The notes under the pieces were generated by a model. It was not told the origin of the DNA, made no database searches, and was given only the letters and a program-made list of their open reading frames with translations. This document shows positions 16,138 to 24,923 of a stretch of 29,122 bases of DNA, one piece after another. The number at the start of each line of letters is the position of its first letter. Within the stretch, counting starts at the first letter, position 1. The position numbers were made by a program, and so were the translations under genes. Source of the stretch: an uncultured Saprospiraceae bacterium (lineage in GTDB: Bacteria > Bacteroidota > Bacteroidia > Chitinophagales > Saprospiraceae); contig CAYMLN010000001.1 of assembly GCA_964391045.1 (NCBI GenBank), forward strand, positions 1 to 29,122. Reading direction: 5' to 3'.

Positions 16138-18383
16138 AGGTTGAATTCGTCGAACAACGGCTGATAATCCGGATTGCCGGGATCGAGGAGGTGCAAGGCC
16201 TTCGCGTGGGGCAGGGCCTTTTCGGTTTGCCGGGTCTGGAGGTAGAGGAACGCCAGCGCATAATGCAGCGCGGTGGATTCGGGCGCGAGCGTCACGCCAC
16301 GCAGGAGGATCTGCTCCGCCTGCGCGGGTTTGCCGGATTGTTGCAGTAAAAGGCCGTAGTTATAGTACACCTGCGGGTTGGTGGTGTTCAAGCCGACGGC
16401 ACGGTCCAGGTAATCGAGGGCAGCCTCGATATTGCCCATCTCCACGTGGAGCAGGCCGAGGGTGTAGAAAGCGCGGTCGTTGAACGGATCGATAGCTGCC
16501 GCGGTCTGCAGGGTTCGGAGTGCGGCCGCATTGTCGCCGGTTGTGTTGTACGCCACGGCAAGGTTGAAGCGCGCATAATTCATGAGACTGTCCTTCCGGA
16601 GACCGCGCACATAGTGCGGGATCGCACCGGCGGCGTCGCCGCCCTGGAGGAAGTAGTCGCCGAGCATCACGTTGCCGACTGCGAAATCGGCCTGGTAATG
16701 CAGGTAGGCCTTGTTCTCCTTGTCAGCCAAAGCGAAGACCTCCCGGTCCGCCTCGGGAATGTTGGCCACGGGAAGCGGATGAAAGAGATCGGCCGCGGCG
16801 ATCCGCACGGCGCGCACGGGATCGCGCAGCAGTGGGGCGGCAGCCTGTTGCCATTCCTCCAGTGGAAGATCGGCCATCGCCCGCAGGGCCTGGTAGCGCA
16901 CGATGGCATGCCGGTCGGTAAGTGCCTTGCGAAGCGCGGCCGCGCTTCGGGCTGACGGCAACGATCCCAGGTAATACGCCGCCGTCGCGCGCGCAATGGC
17001 GGGCTGTAACGTATCGCCGAGCAGGCGGACCAATGGCGCCACGCTGCCCGAGTCGAGCCGGCTGCCGGGCAACAGGTCGTCGGAGAAATGATGTTTCCGC
17101 TCCGGGCCGTACCAGTTCTTCACGGCCTCGGCCGCCCAGCCATTTGATTTTTCCTTGTGGCATCCCGTGCAGGCGTTCGGCGTGGCGTAGTTGACCGATT
17201 GGTCGGGACGCGGCACCCGGAAGCTGTGGTCGCGGCGGTGATCGTTGCCCATGTAGGTGCGGACCGTCATATGGCAATTAATGCACAGGGCGGCCTCCGT
17301 GCCGGGTTTGTGGAAGTGATGTAGCGGACTGTCATACACCGGCTTATGGCACTGGAGGCAAAGCGTGTTCCCGCTGTGATAGGTCTTCCCGGAATGCGGA
17401 TTGTGGCATTGCGAGCAGCGGACGTTCTGGTGGAACATCTTGCTTTGTGTGAACGAGCCGTATTCGTAGTCCTCCTCGCGAATCTGGCCGTCGGCGTAGT
17501 AGAAATCGGAGCTGATGACTTGCGGGATGAGGTCATCCATGACCTCGCCGGTCAGCATCGGTTGCGCCGCGATGTCGGACTTGCGCGCATGGCAGGCCGC
17601 ACAGGCATGGAGTTGGCGTTGTGTGATCGTGTCGCGCCCGTACCACAGGCCCGCATCGGGTATGCGTTGCCCGCGCTTGTATGCCTTTGAGTTCACATAG
17701 TCGATGTGGCGCGAGCCGGGTCCGTGGCATGATTCGCAACTGACGTTGATCTCCGACCAGGTCGTCTGGTAGGCATCAGCATTCGCGTCATAATTTTTTA
17801 CAAGGTTCGTCGAGTGACAGGACGCACACATCGTGTTCCAGTTCTGGCCGTTGCCTGTCCAGTGAAGCCAGTCGTTCGGTACGATGGTGTCGCCGGGGTA
17901 TTGGTGAAACCAGCGTTTCTCCCGCACATCCCAACTCGCGCGCGTGGCCTGCATGCGTCCGCCGGGAAACTCGACCAGGTATTGCTGCAGGGGAAAGTAG
18001 CCAAACGTATACTTGACTTCGAAGTCGCGGTATGCGCCGTCACTGTCCTGCGTGTGGATGAAATAGTTCCCGTCGCGCCTGAAGAACCGGCTGGTCACGC
18101 CGTCGGCCGCGAGCACCGCATCGTTGAAGTCGCCGAGGACCGTGGTATCGTTGGCCGGCTCCATGGCCTTGAAGTGGTCGGATCCCTGCCAGGCTGTCCA
18201 AGCCTCCGCGTGGCAGGATTTGCACTGGTCACTTCCTACATAGTCCGCGATGAAACCAGTGGAGGTGTCTCCGCTTGCGGGTTGTCGGTCGCCCTTTTGA
18301 CAACCGGGGGCAATTACTATGGCCCACGTGATAGCGACGACTGCAGCCAGGGGGAGGGAGAAGTTGGGTCGAATGCCTCTCAT
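16134..18383 (-). CDS. Octaheme c-type cytochrome lipoprotein with HEAT and TPR repeats
   Basis: Lipobox-like IAPG-C and eight CxxCH motifs (CKSCH, CASCH, CESCH, CAACH, CSQCH, CLQCH, CINCH, CTGCH). HEAT-like repeats (IARATAAYYL, AIVRYQALRAM, RAVRIAAADL) are followed by TPRs (ARFNLAVAY, AFYTLGLLH, VYYNYGLLL, LHYALAFLY). Confidence 0.93.
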   Translation of the reverse strand: MRGIRPNFSLPLAAVVAITWAIVIAPGCQKGDRQPASGDTSTGFIADYVGSDQCKSCHAEAWTAWQGSDHFKAMEPANDTTVLGDFNDAVLAADGVTSRFFRRDGNYFIHTQDSDGAYRDFEVKYTFGYFPLQQYLVEFPGGRMQATRASWDVREKRWFHQYPGDTIVPNDWLHWTGNGQNWNTMCASCHSTNLVKNYDANADAYQTTWSEINVSCESCHGPGSRHIDYVNSKAYKRGQRIPDAGLWYGRDTITQRQLHACAACHARKSDIAAQPMLTGEVMDDLIPQVISSDFYYADGQIREEDYEYGSFTQSKMFHQNVRCSQCHNPHSGKTYHSGNTLCLQCHKPVYDSPLHHFHKPGTEAALCINCHMTVRTYMGNDHRRDHSFRVPRPDQSVNYATPNACTGCHKEKSNGWAAEAVKNWYGPERKHHFSDDLLPGSRLDSGSVAPLVRLLGDTLQPAIARATAAYYLGSLPSARSAAALRKALTDRHAIVRYQALRAMADLPLEEWQQAAAPLLRDPVRAVRIAAADLFHPLPVANIPEADREVFALADKENKAYLHYQADFAVGNVMLGDYFLQGGDAAGAIPHYVRGLRKDSLMNYARFNLAVAYNTTGDNAAALRTLQTAAAIDPFNDRAFYTLGLLHVEMGNIEAALDYLDRAVGLNTTNPQVYYNYGLLLQQSGKPAQAEQILLRGVTLAPESTALHYALAFLYLQTRQTEKALPHAKALHLLDPGNPDYQPLFDEFNL

Positions 18384-18430
18384 GCGGATTTCTGCCCCAT
18401 GTCCCGGGGTCCGGCGAATTTCCGCTGAAT

Positions 18431-19387
18431 TTATGACTTGGCCGTTCCGGTATTCATCCGGAGGTCGGCGATCATGGCCCGCACGCCTTCAGCCGGGTCC
18501 GTCGCCCGGAGACCGAATCGCTTCTCGATCTTTCCGCTGTCGAAGACGTAGTCCTGTTCGTATTGGTAAAGCATCTCCGGAAATTCACGCATGATGGGAA
18601 CGAAGATCCCCAGTAAGCGCATCATCCAAGTCGGCACGGTCTGCACGCGGGGCTCCGTGCCGATCGCTTGCGCAATAAGCTCGATCCAGTTGCGCATCGT
18701 CAGTCGGTCGCGCGTCGTCGGCATATGCCAGACCTGGTTGAAAGCGTCCGGTGTATTGCCCAGCAGGGCTGTCGCCTTCGCCGCGTCGGGCGTATAAGTG
18801 AACGTATGGATCTTCCCGATGTCCCCGAAGGCCTGTGCCTTCTTGCCCTTCAAGAGGTTCTCGGCGACCATGAGGCCCAGGGCGCTGTTGGCATTCTCGG
18901 GGCCATAAAAATCGGCGGCCCGGGCGACCAGGGCCACCACGTTGTTCTTGTTGATGTCGTCCATCAGCATGTCGAAGATCCGGGCACGCACCTTGCCTTT
19001 TTCGCTGGGCGGTTCGATCGGCGAATCTTCCGTCATGAACGGCACGGACGTTCGCGCGTAGAGATACATGTTGTCGAAGAACACAAGCCGCGCCCCGTGG
19101 CGGATGCACCCGTCGATGACATCCCGCATGAACCTTGGCCATGTCGTCTGCCAGGTCTTGAGGTTGTAGGCGAAGCCGACGGTCACGTACACGACCTCGC
19201 TGCCGGCAATGGCCTTGAACAGGAAATCCCGGTCGGTGACGTCGCCGGCAACCAATTCATCCGTTGGATTGACACGTTGCGGATGGCGGCTCACAAGCCG
19301 TATGCGGTCCGTGTACGTGCGGAGTTCGCGGGCCAGCGGGATGCCGATCGAGCCGCCCGAGCCGATGATAGTCTGGACCATGGGCAT
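18431..19387 (-). CDS. NAD-dependent epimerase/dehydratase (atypical SDR)
   Basis: Rossmann motif IIGSGGSIG; LVFFDNMYLY, RAADFYGP and TFTYTPD. Start at 19387 or 19381. Confidence 0.9.
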   Translation of the reverse strand: MPMVQTIIGSGGSIGIPLARELRTYTDRIRLVSRHPQRVNPTDELVAGDVTDRDFLFKAIAGSEVVYVTVGFAYNLKTWQTTWPRFMRDVIDGCIRHGARLVFFDNMYLYARTSVPFMTEDSPIEPPSEKGKVRARIFDMLMDDINKNNVVALVARAADFYGPENANSALGLMVAENLLKGKKAQAFGDIGKIHTFTYTPDAAKATALLGNTPDAFNQVWHMPTTRDRLTMRNWIELIAQAIGTEPRVQTVPTWMMRLLGIFVPIMREFPEMLYQYEQDYVFDSGKIEKRFGLRATDPAEGVRAMIADLRMNTGTAKS

Positions 19388-19446
19388 GTCTTGAGCCTTC
19401 AAATTTAACGAATCACGCGGTCTGGCCCGAATCACGCTTCGCCGGT

Positions 19447-20283
19447 TCAGCGGTAGAGTACGCGCAATGCGCGGTCGATCGCGGGATGCGCCGCGGTCGC
19501 GTGGTTTTCTTCCGGCAGGTAGTCAAAGGTGACCGTAAGATTGGCCACTCCGGCGTCCCTCAGTTTCTCCGCCAGCAAGTTGGCGTCGACCTCCATGACA
19601 TGCGGGGAGGCGCTTGGAGACAGGCCTTCCTTGCCGACAGCGATGTGCACGCGCACAGGGTGTGCAGCGGGCGTGACCGGGCGATGCAACAGGGAGCCGT
19701 CATCCCACCACAAGCTCGGGCTGACGAGAATATAATGGCTGAAGCGATCGGGCCGGGTGAGCAGGAGCTCCGTCGCCAGCAATCCGGCCATCGACTGGCC
19801 GATCAGCGTGCGCATGCCCCGGGTCTTGTAGGTACGGTCGATCAGGGGTTGGAGTTCGTCTGCGACGAACCGGATGAACGCCGCCGAGCCGCCCGAGGTT
19901 GGAAAGCGCGTGCGCTCATCCTCGAGGCTGCTGGGAAAGGTGAAGTCCCTCCGCCGGTCCGTATTGGCGATGCCGACGACGATCGAGGACGGCACGTGAT
20001 CGACCCACGGAAAGGCATGGAACTGATACAGGCCCGTCACGTGGATGAAGTCCTCATCTGATCCGCCGTCGAGGAGGTAGACGACCGGGTAGGTGACCGT
20101 GTCCGACGGATCATAGCCCGCCGGCAGGTAGACATTCAGCACCCGTGTCTCCCCGAGGATAGCGGATTCAATTTGGCGGATCTCGCCAAGGATAAAAGGT
20201 TCGACTGTTGTCTCGTATTGCGCGTGCATGGATGATGCAGCGCAGACAATGAAGAAGGATGCGATCAGGCCCGGATGTTGCAT
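19447..20283 (-). CDS. Alpha/beta hydrolase, putative esterase (IroE/BesA-like)
   Basis: LNVYLP, YPVVYLLDG, IVVGI, RRRDFT, GGSAAFIRF, nucleophile elbow GQSMAG, SPSLWWD and ENHAT (catalytic His). It abuts the upstream stop (TGA-ATG). Confidence 0.9.
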   Translation of the reverse strand: MQHPGLIASFFIVCAASSMHAQYETTVEPFILGEIRQIESAILGETRVLNVYLPAGYDPSDTVTYPVVYLLDGGSDEDFIHVTGLYQFHAFPWVDHVPSSIVVGIANTDRRRDFTFPSSLEDERTRFPTSGGSAAFIRFVADELQPLIDRTYKTRGMRTLIGQSMAGLLATELLLTRPDRFSHYILVSPSLWWDDGSLLHRPVTPAAHPVRVHIAVGKEGLSPSASPHVMEVDANLLAEKLRDAGVANLTVTFDYLPEENHATAAHPAIDRALRVLYR

Positions 20284-21333
20284 TCAGGCTTTCGGCACGG
20301 GTGGCTCCGCTTCCCGTTGACGGATGAAGAATTCGCTGCCGTAGATGTTGACGAGCAGGATAAACATGTTGATCAGCAGCGGGCCGAAGATCAGGCCGAT
20401 GAAGCCGAACAACTGCAGGCCGACGATGACGCCGAAGACCGTGACGAGGGGATGCACGTTGCCGATCTTCTTCATCAGGGAAAACCGGAGGAAATTATCG
20501 ACCGTGCCTACGACCCCGAAGCCGAAGACCAGCATGATCACGCCGCGCACGGTCTCCCCGTCGGCGAAGAAGATGATGGCCAGGGGTACGTAGGCCAGCG
20601 CCGCACCGGCGACGGGCAGCATCGCCGTGATGCAGGTGACGACAAACCAGAACCAGGGCTCGTTGACCCCAAGGATGTAGTAGCCGATGATCGCCACGAC
20701 GCCCTGGAAGAATGCGATCACAGGGATGCCGATCGCGTTGCTCCAGACCATGTTCTGCAATTCCTTCCCCAGCTTGTCGACGTTCTCGTCCTGGAGCGGA
20801 ACGTATTCATACAAGTCGACTTCCATACGCCGGGCATGCACCAGCATGAAGTAGAGGATGAAATAGAGGAAGAACATCGTGCTGAGCGTGCCGAAAGTGG
20901 CGCCGAGCAATTGCGGGATGGCCTGGGTGATGTAATTGTTGAGCCGGCTGACGTTTTCCGGGCTGATGATCGTGAAGCCGTACCTGGCCTCCGCCTCGAG
21001 GATGAGCTTCTGCATGGCGACCGTCAGCTCGTTGGAGTGTTGGATCGCATAGGTCACGCGGGTGGTCAGCATGCTCACGAGGCTCGCGATCGGGATCAGG
21101 ATGATGAAGAGCGAGGCCAGCATCAGGGCCCAGGCCGCGAGGGGCTTTTTCCACCGCCGCACATGCACGAGGTAGAACATGGGCTTGCGCAGGAGCACAT
21201 ACAGGGTCAGGGCGCCGAGAAATGCAGGCAGGAAAGCCGTCAGTTGCCGCGCGAGCAGGTACCCCAGGAGAATGATCAGGACCAGGAACAGGATCTGCCG
21301 GACCCTGTTTTGGTGGATAAATGTGTCCTCCAT
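20284..21333 (-). CDS. AI-2E family transporter
   Basis: Multi-TM protein with AFLPAFLGA, LPVAGAALAYVP, DNFLRF, HPLVTVFGVIVGLQLFGFIGLIFGP motifs. Start at ATG 21333. Confidence 0.93.
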   Translation of the reverse strand: MEDTFIHQNRVRQILFLVLIILLGYLLARQLTAFLPAFLGALTLYVLLRKPMFYLVHVRRWKKPLAAWALMLASLFIILIPIASLVSMLTTRVTYAIQHSNELTVAMQKLILEAEARYGFTIISPENVSRLNNYITQAIPQLLGATFGTLSTMFFLYFILYFMLVHARRMEVDLYEYVPLQDENVDKLGKELQNMVWSNAIGIPVIAFFQGVVAIIGYYILGVNEPWFWFVVTCITAMLPVAGAALAYVPLAIIFFADGETVRGVIMLVFGFGVVGTVDNFLRFSLMKKIGNVHPLVTVFGVIVGLQLFGFIGLIFGPLLINMFILLVNIYGSEFFIRQREAEPPVPKA

Positions 21334-21411
21334 CCGGAAAGTGATTACCGGAAAGATAAGCAATCGGCCGTGTGATGTCGCAGTAGGAAGGAGCGCGGTG
21401 TGTACACCGGT

Positions 21412-22374
21412 TTACAGCCGCGCGCCGCGCAGCAGGCGGTCATTGATCGTTCGCCCCAAGCCTTCGTCCGGAAACCGCTGGGCGATGATCAGGTCGAGGC
21501 CAAGGCGGTCGAGCCGGTGCAGGGCGTCGTACAATGCTGCGGCAGCGATTTCATCGGAACCGGCAGGGGAGAGGACTTCCTGGTGTGTCTCGAAACCGGT
21601 ATCGACCGGGGCATCGAACGTGAGGATGCCGATATTCAGGTTCGGATGTTTCAGGGCTTCTTCGCGTGCATTATCCGCCAGCATGAGTGGCGTCCGCGGC
21701 GCATAATGTCGGAGCAGCATGCCCGGGGCATCCGGAACGGCCTCTGCGATCTTGAGTACCCGAACAGGTCCGGTGATGGCTTCGATCGCTTCCAGTGAAA
21801 TGGCGCCGAGGCGATAGACGACAGGTTCTCCATTGGGAAAGCCGACGATCGTGGATTCCACGCCGCGCGGGCATTCCCCGCCGTCGAGGACAAGTGGAAT
21901 CAGGCCATCAAAGTATTCTGCCACATGGATCGCCCGCGTCGGGCTGATCGAGCCGAAGGGATTCGCGCTGGGCGCCACGAGGGGAAACCCCGTGGTGCGA
22001 AGGAGCGCAAGGGCCATCGGGTGTGCGGGGACCCGCACAGCGACTGTGGGCTTACCGGCCGTTACGGTATCCGGCACCGCCGGTCGTTTCGGCAGGAGCA
22101 GGGTGATGGGGCCTGGCCAGAACCTGCGCATGAGTTCGGTTGCGGTCTCCGGGATATCCTTGACCACATCGTCCAGGGCATCGATCCCGGGGATGTGGAG
22201 GATAAGCGGATTGAAGGCCGGGCGTTGCTTGATGGCGAAAATGGAGGCGACAGCCTTTGGGCTGAAGGCATTGCCCGCCAGGCCATAGACCGTCTCGGTC
22301 GGCATGCCGATGACCGCTTCCTGCCGAAGGAAGGCTGCGGCCAGTTCAATGTCACTCGAGATCACGGTCTCCAT
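21412..22374 (-). CDS. sua5: L-threonylcarbamoyladenylate synthase (Sua5 type: YrdC domain plus SUA5 domain)
   Basis: GMPTETVYGL, KQRPAFNPLI, FWPGPITL, AVRVP, PSANPFG..SPT, G.ESTIV, PGML.RHYAP and TINDRL motifs. Confidence 0.96.
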   Translation of the reverse strand: METVISSDIELAAAFLRQEAVIGMPTETVYGLAGNAFSPKAVASIFAIKQRPAFNPLILHIPGIDALDDVVKDIPETATELMRRFWPGPITLLLPKRPAVPDTVTAGKPTVAVRVPAHPMALALLRTTGFPLVAPSANPFGSISPTRAIHVAEYFDGLIPLVLDGGECPRGVESTIVGFPNGEPVVYRLGAISLEAIEAITGPVRVLKIAEAVPDAPGMLLRHYAPRTPLMLADNAREEALKHPNLNIGILTFDAPVDTGFETHQEVLSPAGSDEIAAAALYDALHRLDRLGLDLIIAQRFPDEGLGRTINDRLLRGARL

Positions 22375-22429
22375 TCGCCCAAAGAAAAGAAAAACAACGT
22401 GGCTGAAGAACGGGTTCCGCGCCGTCGAC

Positions 22430-24025
22430 TTACCGGCTGAGGCTCAAGATGTAGTCGAGCAGTTGATCGACCTTTTCCGGGGCAAGTCCGCTGACCAGGC
22501 GCTCGTACATCAACGATTTCGGATATTCCGATTGTTTCCAGATGTCTTCGCGGGCTACGTGGACGACCTGGTTGCCGATGAGCATCAGGCTCAGGCCCTG
22601 TTCGTCAGATCCGACGACCCGGCCAAGGAGTTTCGTGCCGTCGGTCTTCTCGATCTCCATCCCGATCATGCTGGCCTTGATGCGCTTCGACGGCTCGACG
22701 ATCTCCTCGAGGATCTCCTCGCGGCTGAGGTGGCGGCCGATATCCTTCAGGTTCGGACCGAGCAGCTCAGTGGTCCCGTCGACCTGGTGACACCCGAGGC
22801 AGGAAAGTTCGGCGAAGAGCTGCTTCCCCGCCTCGACCGCATCGGCGGCGAAGGTCTTGTCCGGTTTCGGCCGCAAGGTTTGTGCAGGCTTGACATCAGG
22901 ATCATGAATGATCTTATAGAAGTGACCTTGATGGTCGAAGACCGCATTGTACCAGTAATCGGCCTTGCCGTGATGGGCGGCATAGAGCGAACCGTCCGGC
23001 CCGAAGGCGATGTCCGACAACTTCGGCAGGTCCGCTACGGCATGCTCTTCGACCGACCAATGCCCGTTTGCGTCCTTTTGGATGGCAAGCCGGGAGATTG
23101 ATCCCCGCGCCCAGCGTTCACCCGGCCCGTAATACGACACGAAGAGATCGCCGTCGTGCCCGGCAAAGCCATCTGACGTGCGGGTGAACTCGATCCCTGA
23201 CGGCGCGATATCGAAGCCCAGGTCGAAGACCGGCCGGGTTACGGTGCCGGTGTCCGGCGCGAACTTGCGTTTGTTGTGACCATAGTATCCCCTCTTTACG
23301 AGGACATTCAGTTCTTCGGTCGGATTTCCCCCGCCCGCATTGTCGATAAAGAGCAGGTCGCCGTCGGGGGTGAAGGTCATGGACGGGACGGATCGGATGC
23401 CGGTGGCAACGGGTTCCGCGGTACGTCCGTCCGGTGCTATGCGGATGATCGAGCCGCGCAGCTTGTCCGGGTCGGGCGATGGTGCGGCATTCCACGAATC
23501 GGTGGTCAGCGCGGCATAGAGACTGCCGTCCGGCCCGAACGCGAGACCTGAGGTCCATTCGTACGGATGGGCGCTTTCAGGAATGCGGTCAAAGAATACC
23601 CAACTCGTGTCTGCGCGTCCGTCCTTCTCGCGATCGACATAGGCCCTGATCGCTTCGCGCGTACCCACGTAGAGGGTGTCGGCCCGGCAGGCCAGGCCGG
23701 CGGGCGAATGAAGGCCATCTTCCCCGACATGGCAAAACAACACTGCGGTTTCCTCAAGGCCGTCCCCATCCAGGTCGCGGAGCGCGTACACCTCGCCGGT
23801 TTGGTTGGCCGCGTAAAGCCAGCCGCCGGGCCCGGCGGTCAGTTGGATTGGATTGGCAATGGGCACGCCTTTGGTGATCGGGAGCTTGATAACGGTATAC
23901 GGGCCGTAGACGATGGCAGCGGTATCCACATGGCCGGATAGTTCACGTTCGGACAAAGGAGCGTGCTTGCAGGCGCCCAGAAGGAGGCTGGCCAGCAGGA
24001 TGCAGAGGGTGGACATTGAAGGCAT
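22430..24025 (-). CDS. Sorbosone/glucose-dehydrogenase-like beta-propeller fused to a PVC-type (TIGR02603-like) cytochrome c; lipoprotein
   Basis: Lipobox LLGA-C and propeller repeats (DLDGDG, GLAFGPDGSLY, ATGIRS..MTF.PDG, EELN..GYYGH, DIAFGPDGSLY). The C-terminal domain has GKQLF..CLGCH..LGPNL.DIG..EEI.EPS..SLM. Confidence 0.88.
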   Translation of the reverse strand: MPSMSTLCILLASLLLGACKHAPLSERELSGHVDTAAIVYGPYTVIKLPITKGVPIANPIQLTAGPGGWLYAANQTGEVYALRDLDGDGLEETAVLFCHVGEDGLHSPAGLACRADTLYVGTREAIRAYVDREKDGRADTSWVFFDRIPESAHPYEWTSGLAFGPDGSLYAALTTDSWNAAPSPDPDKLRGSIIRIAPDGRTAEPVATGIRSVPSMTFTPDGDLLFIDNAGGGNPTEELNVLVKRGYYGHNKRKFAPDTGTVTRPVFDLGFDIAPSGIEFTRTSDGFAGHDGDLFVSYYGPGERWARGSISRLAIQKDANGHWSVEEHAVADLPKLSDIAFGPDGSLYAAHHGKADYWYNAVFDHQGHFYKIIHDPDVKPAQTLRPKPDKTFAADAVEAGKQLFAELSCLGCHQVDGTTELLGPNLKDIGRHLSREEILEEIVEPSKRIKASMIGMEIEKTDGTKLLGRVVGSDEQGLSLMLIGNQVVHVAREDIWKQSEYPKSLMYERLVSGLAPEKVDQLLDYILSLSR

Positions 24026-24120
24026 GTGCGAGGCTGTCGGTGTGATGCTTGTGGTTTCCCGCTAAAAATATGCCCGTTGCCGTTTGTTGACCTTGCGGTC
24101 GCGGGCAGGCGGGTCCGGTT

Positions 24121-24159
24121 AAAACAAGAGGCCCCTTGCGGATCCAACCGCAAGAGGCC
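24121..24159 (-). terminator. Intrinsic terminator downstream of the tonB-C gene
   Basis: The minus strand reads GGCCTCTTGCGG-TTGGAT-CCGCAAGGGGCC (12-bp stem with one G-U pair) followed by TCTTGTTTT. Confidence 0.65.
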
Positions 24160-24233
24160 ATGTGTAAAACCAAGACCGGTTGCCCGGCAGAGAAAATGCT
24201 GTGGTGTGAGCTGGTCCTTTGTCGGCCGGCAGG

Positions 24234-24695
24234 CTACCGGATCCGGAAATTCAGCGCGATCAGGGCGCGGCTGCGGACCGGGATGCCGGATTGCGTGGCG
24301 GGCGTCCAGGCGGGCATATTCAGGGCCAGGGCTACGGCGGCCTCATCGCAGCCCAGTCCGAGACCTTCCACGACCTGGGCATCTTCCACGCGGCCGTCAG
24401 CACCAATGGAAAGCTGCAACTTGACCTGGCCTTCCACGCCGTTTTCACGCGCCGCTTCCGGATAGGCCAGGTGGCTGGCGATATATCGGTCGAGGCCGGC
24501 GAACGAGGGGGCCAACAGGCCCTCAGCGGCGCGGGGACCGCGGGGGGTGGCAGGATGGACGTTAACGGCTTCCGTATTGGGCCGGCCGGCATCCGCGGAG
24601 GCGAAGCCGTCTGGGATTGCCGGGGACTGCGCCCAAGCGGCGGTCATTGAACAGCACGCGAGGAGTACGCAAGCGAGGAGAGTCGTCTTTTTCAT
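24234..24695 (-). CDS. Energy transducer TonB C-terminal-domain protein
   Basis: LAYPEAARENGVEGQV.L.L.IGADGRV..V..GLG.GCDEAA..MPAWTPATQ.G.PV (TonB_C). N-terminal signal MKKTTLLACVLLACC..AWA/Q. Start at ATG 24695. Confidence 0.9.
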   Translation of the reverse strand: MKKTTLLACVLLACCSMTAAWAQSPAIPDGFASADAGRPNTEAVNVHPATPRGPRAAEGLLAPSFAGLDRYIASHLAYPEAARENGVEGQVKLQLSIGADGRVEDAQVVEGLGLGCDEAAVALALNMPAWTPATQSGIPVRSRALIALNFRIR

Positions 24696-24770
24696 GGGTA
24701 GTGATTTAAGGTGGGTGAGACGTTCGTCAATCAGGTGCACCAAAGTTGAGGCGAGCCTGCCGGGCAGAAA

Positions 24771-24854
24771 AGGACGTATCCGCCATCCGTCCGGACATTG
24801 CGGGCGATCGGTAGGACAGATCTTGCATCCGATGGGATTTTCCTGCCAATCTGC
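24771..24854. promoter_or_regulatory. Putative AraC/HTCS operator: 21-bp-phased direct repeats next to a CAACTTTG -7-like box (24741-24748, minus strand)
   Basis: GGAC/GGAT recurs at 24772, 24793, 24814 and 24835. Units 1 and 3 (AGGACGTATCCGCCATCCG / AGGACAGATCTTGCATCCG) match at 14/19 positions. Confidence 0.5.
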
Positions 24855-24923
24855 CTTCAGGGCTGGGGTAATGACCTGTCCGTCAGCGAAGTCCGGTTGC
24901 CATTGAATAGATTTGTCTGCCGC

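Noticed and set aside
561-23101. Long plus-strand ORFs (561-1505, 6364-7410, 7493-8518, 10309-11676, 15118-16164, 20275-21375, 22304-23101 and others)
   Set aside because: These are antisense shadows of well-supported minus-strand genes, expected in high-GC DNA, and contain no motifs.
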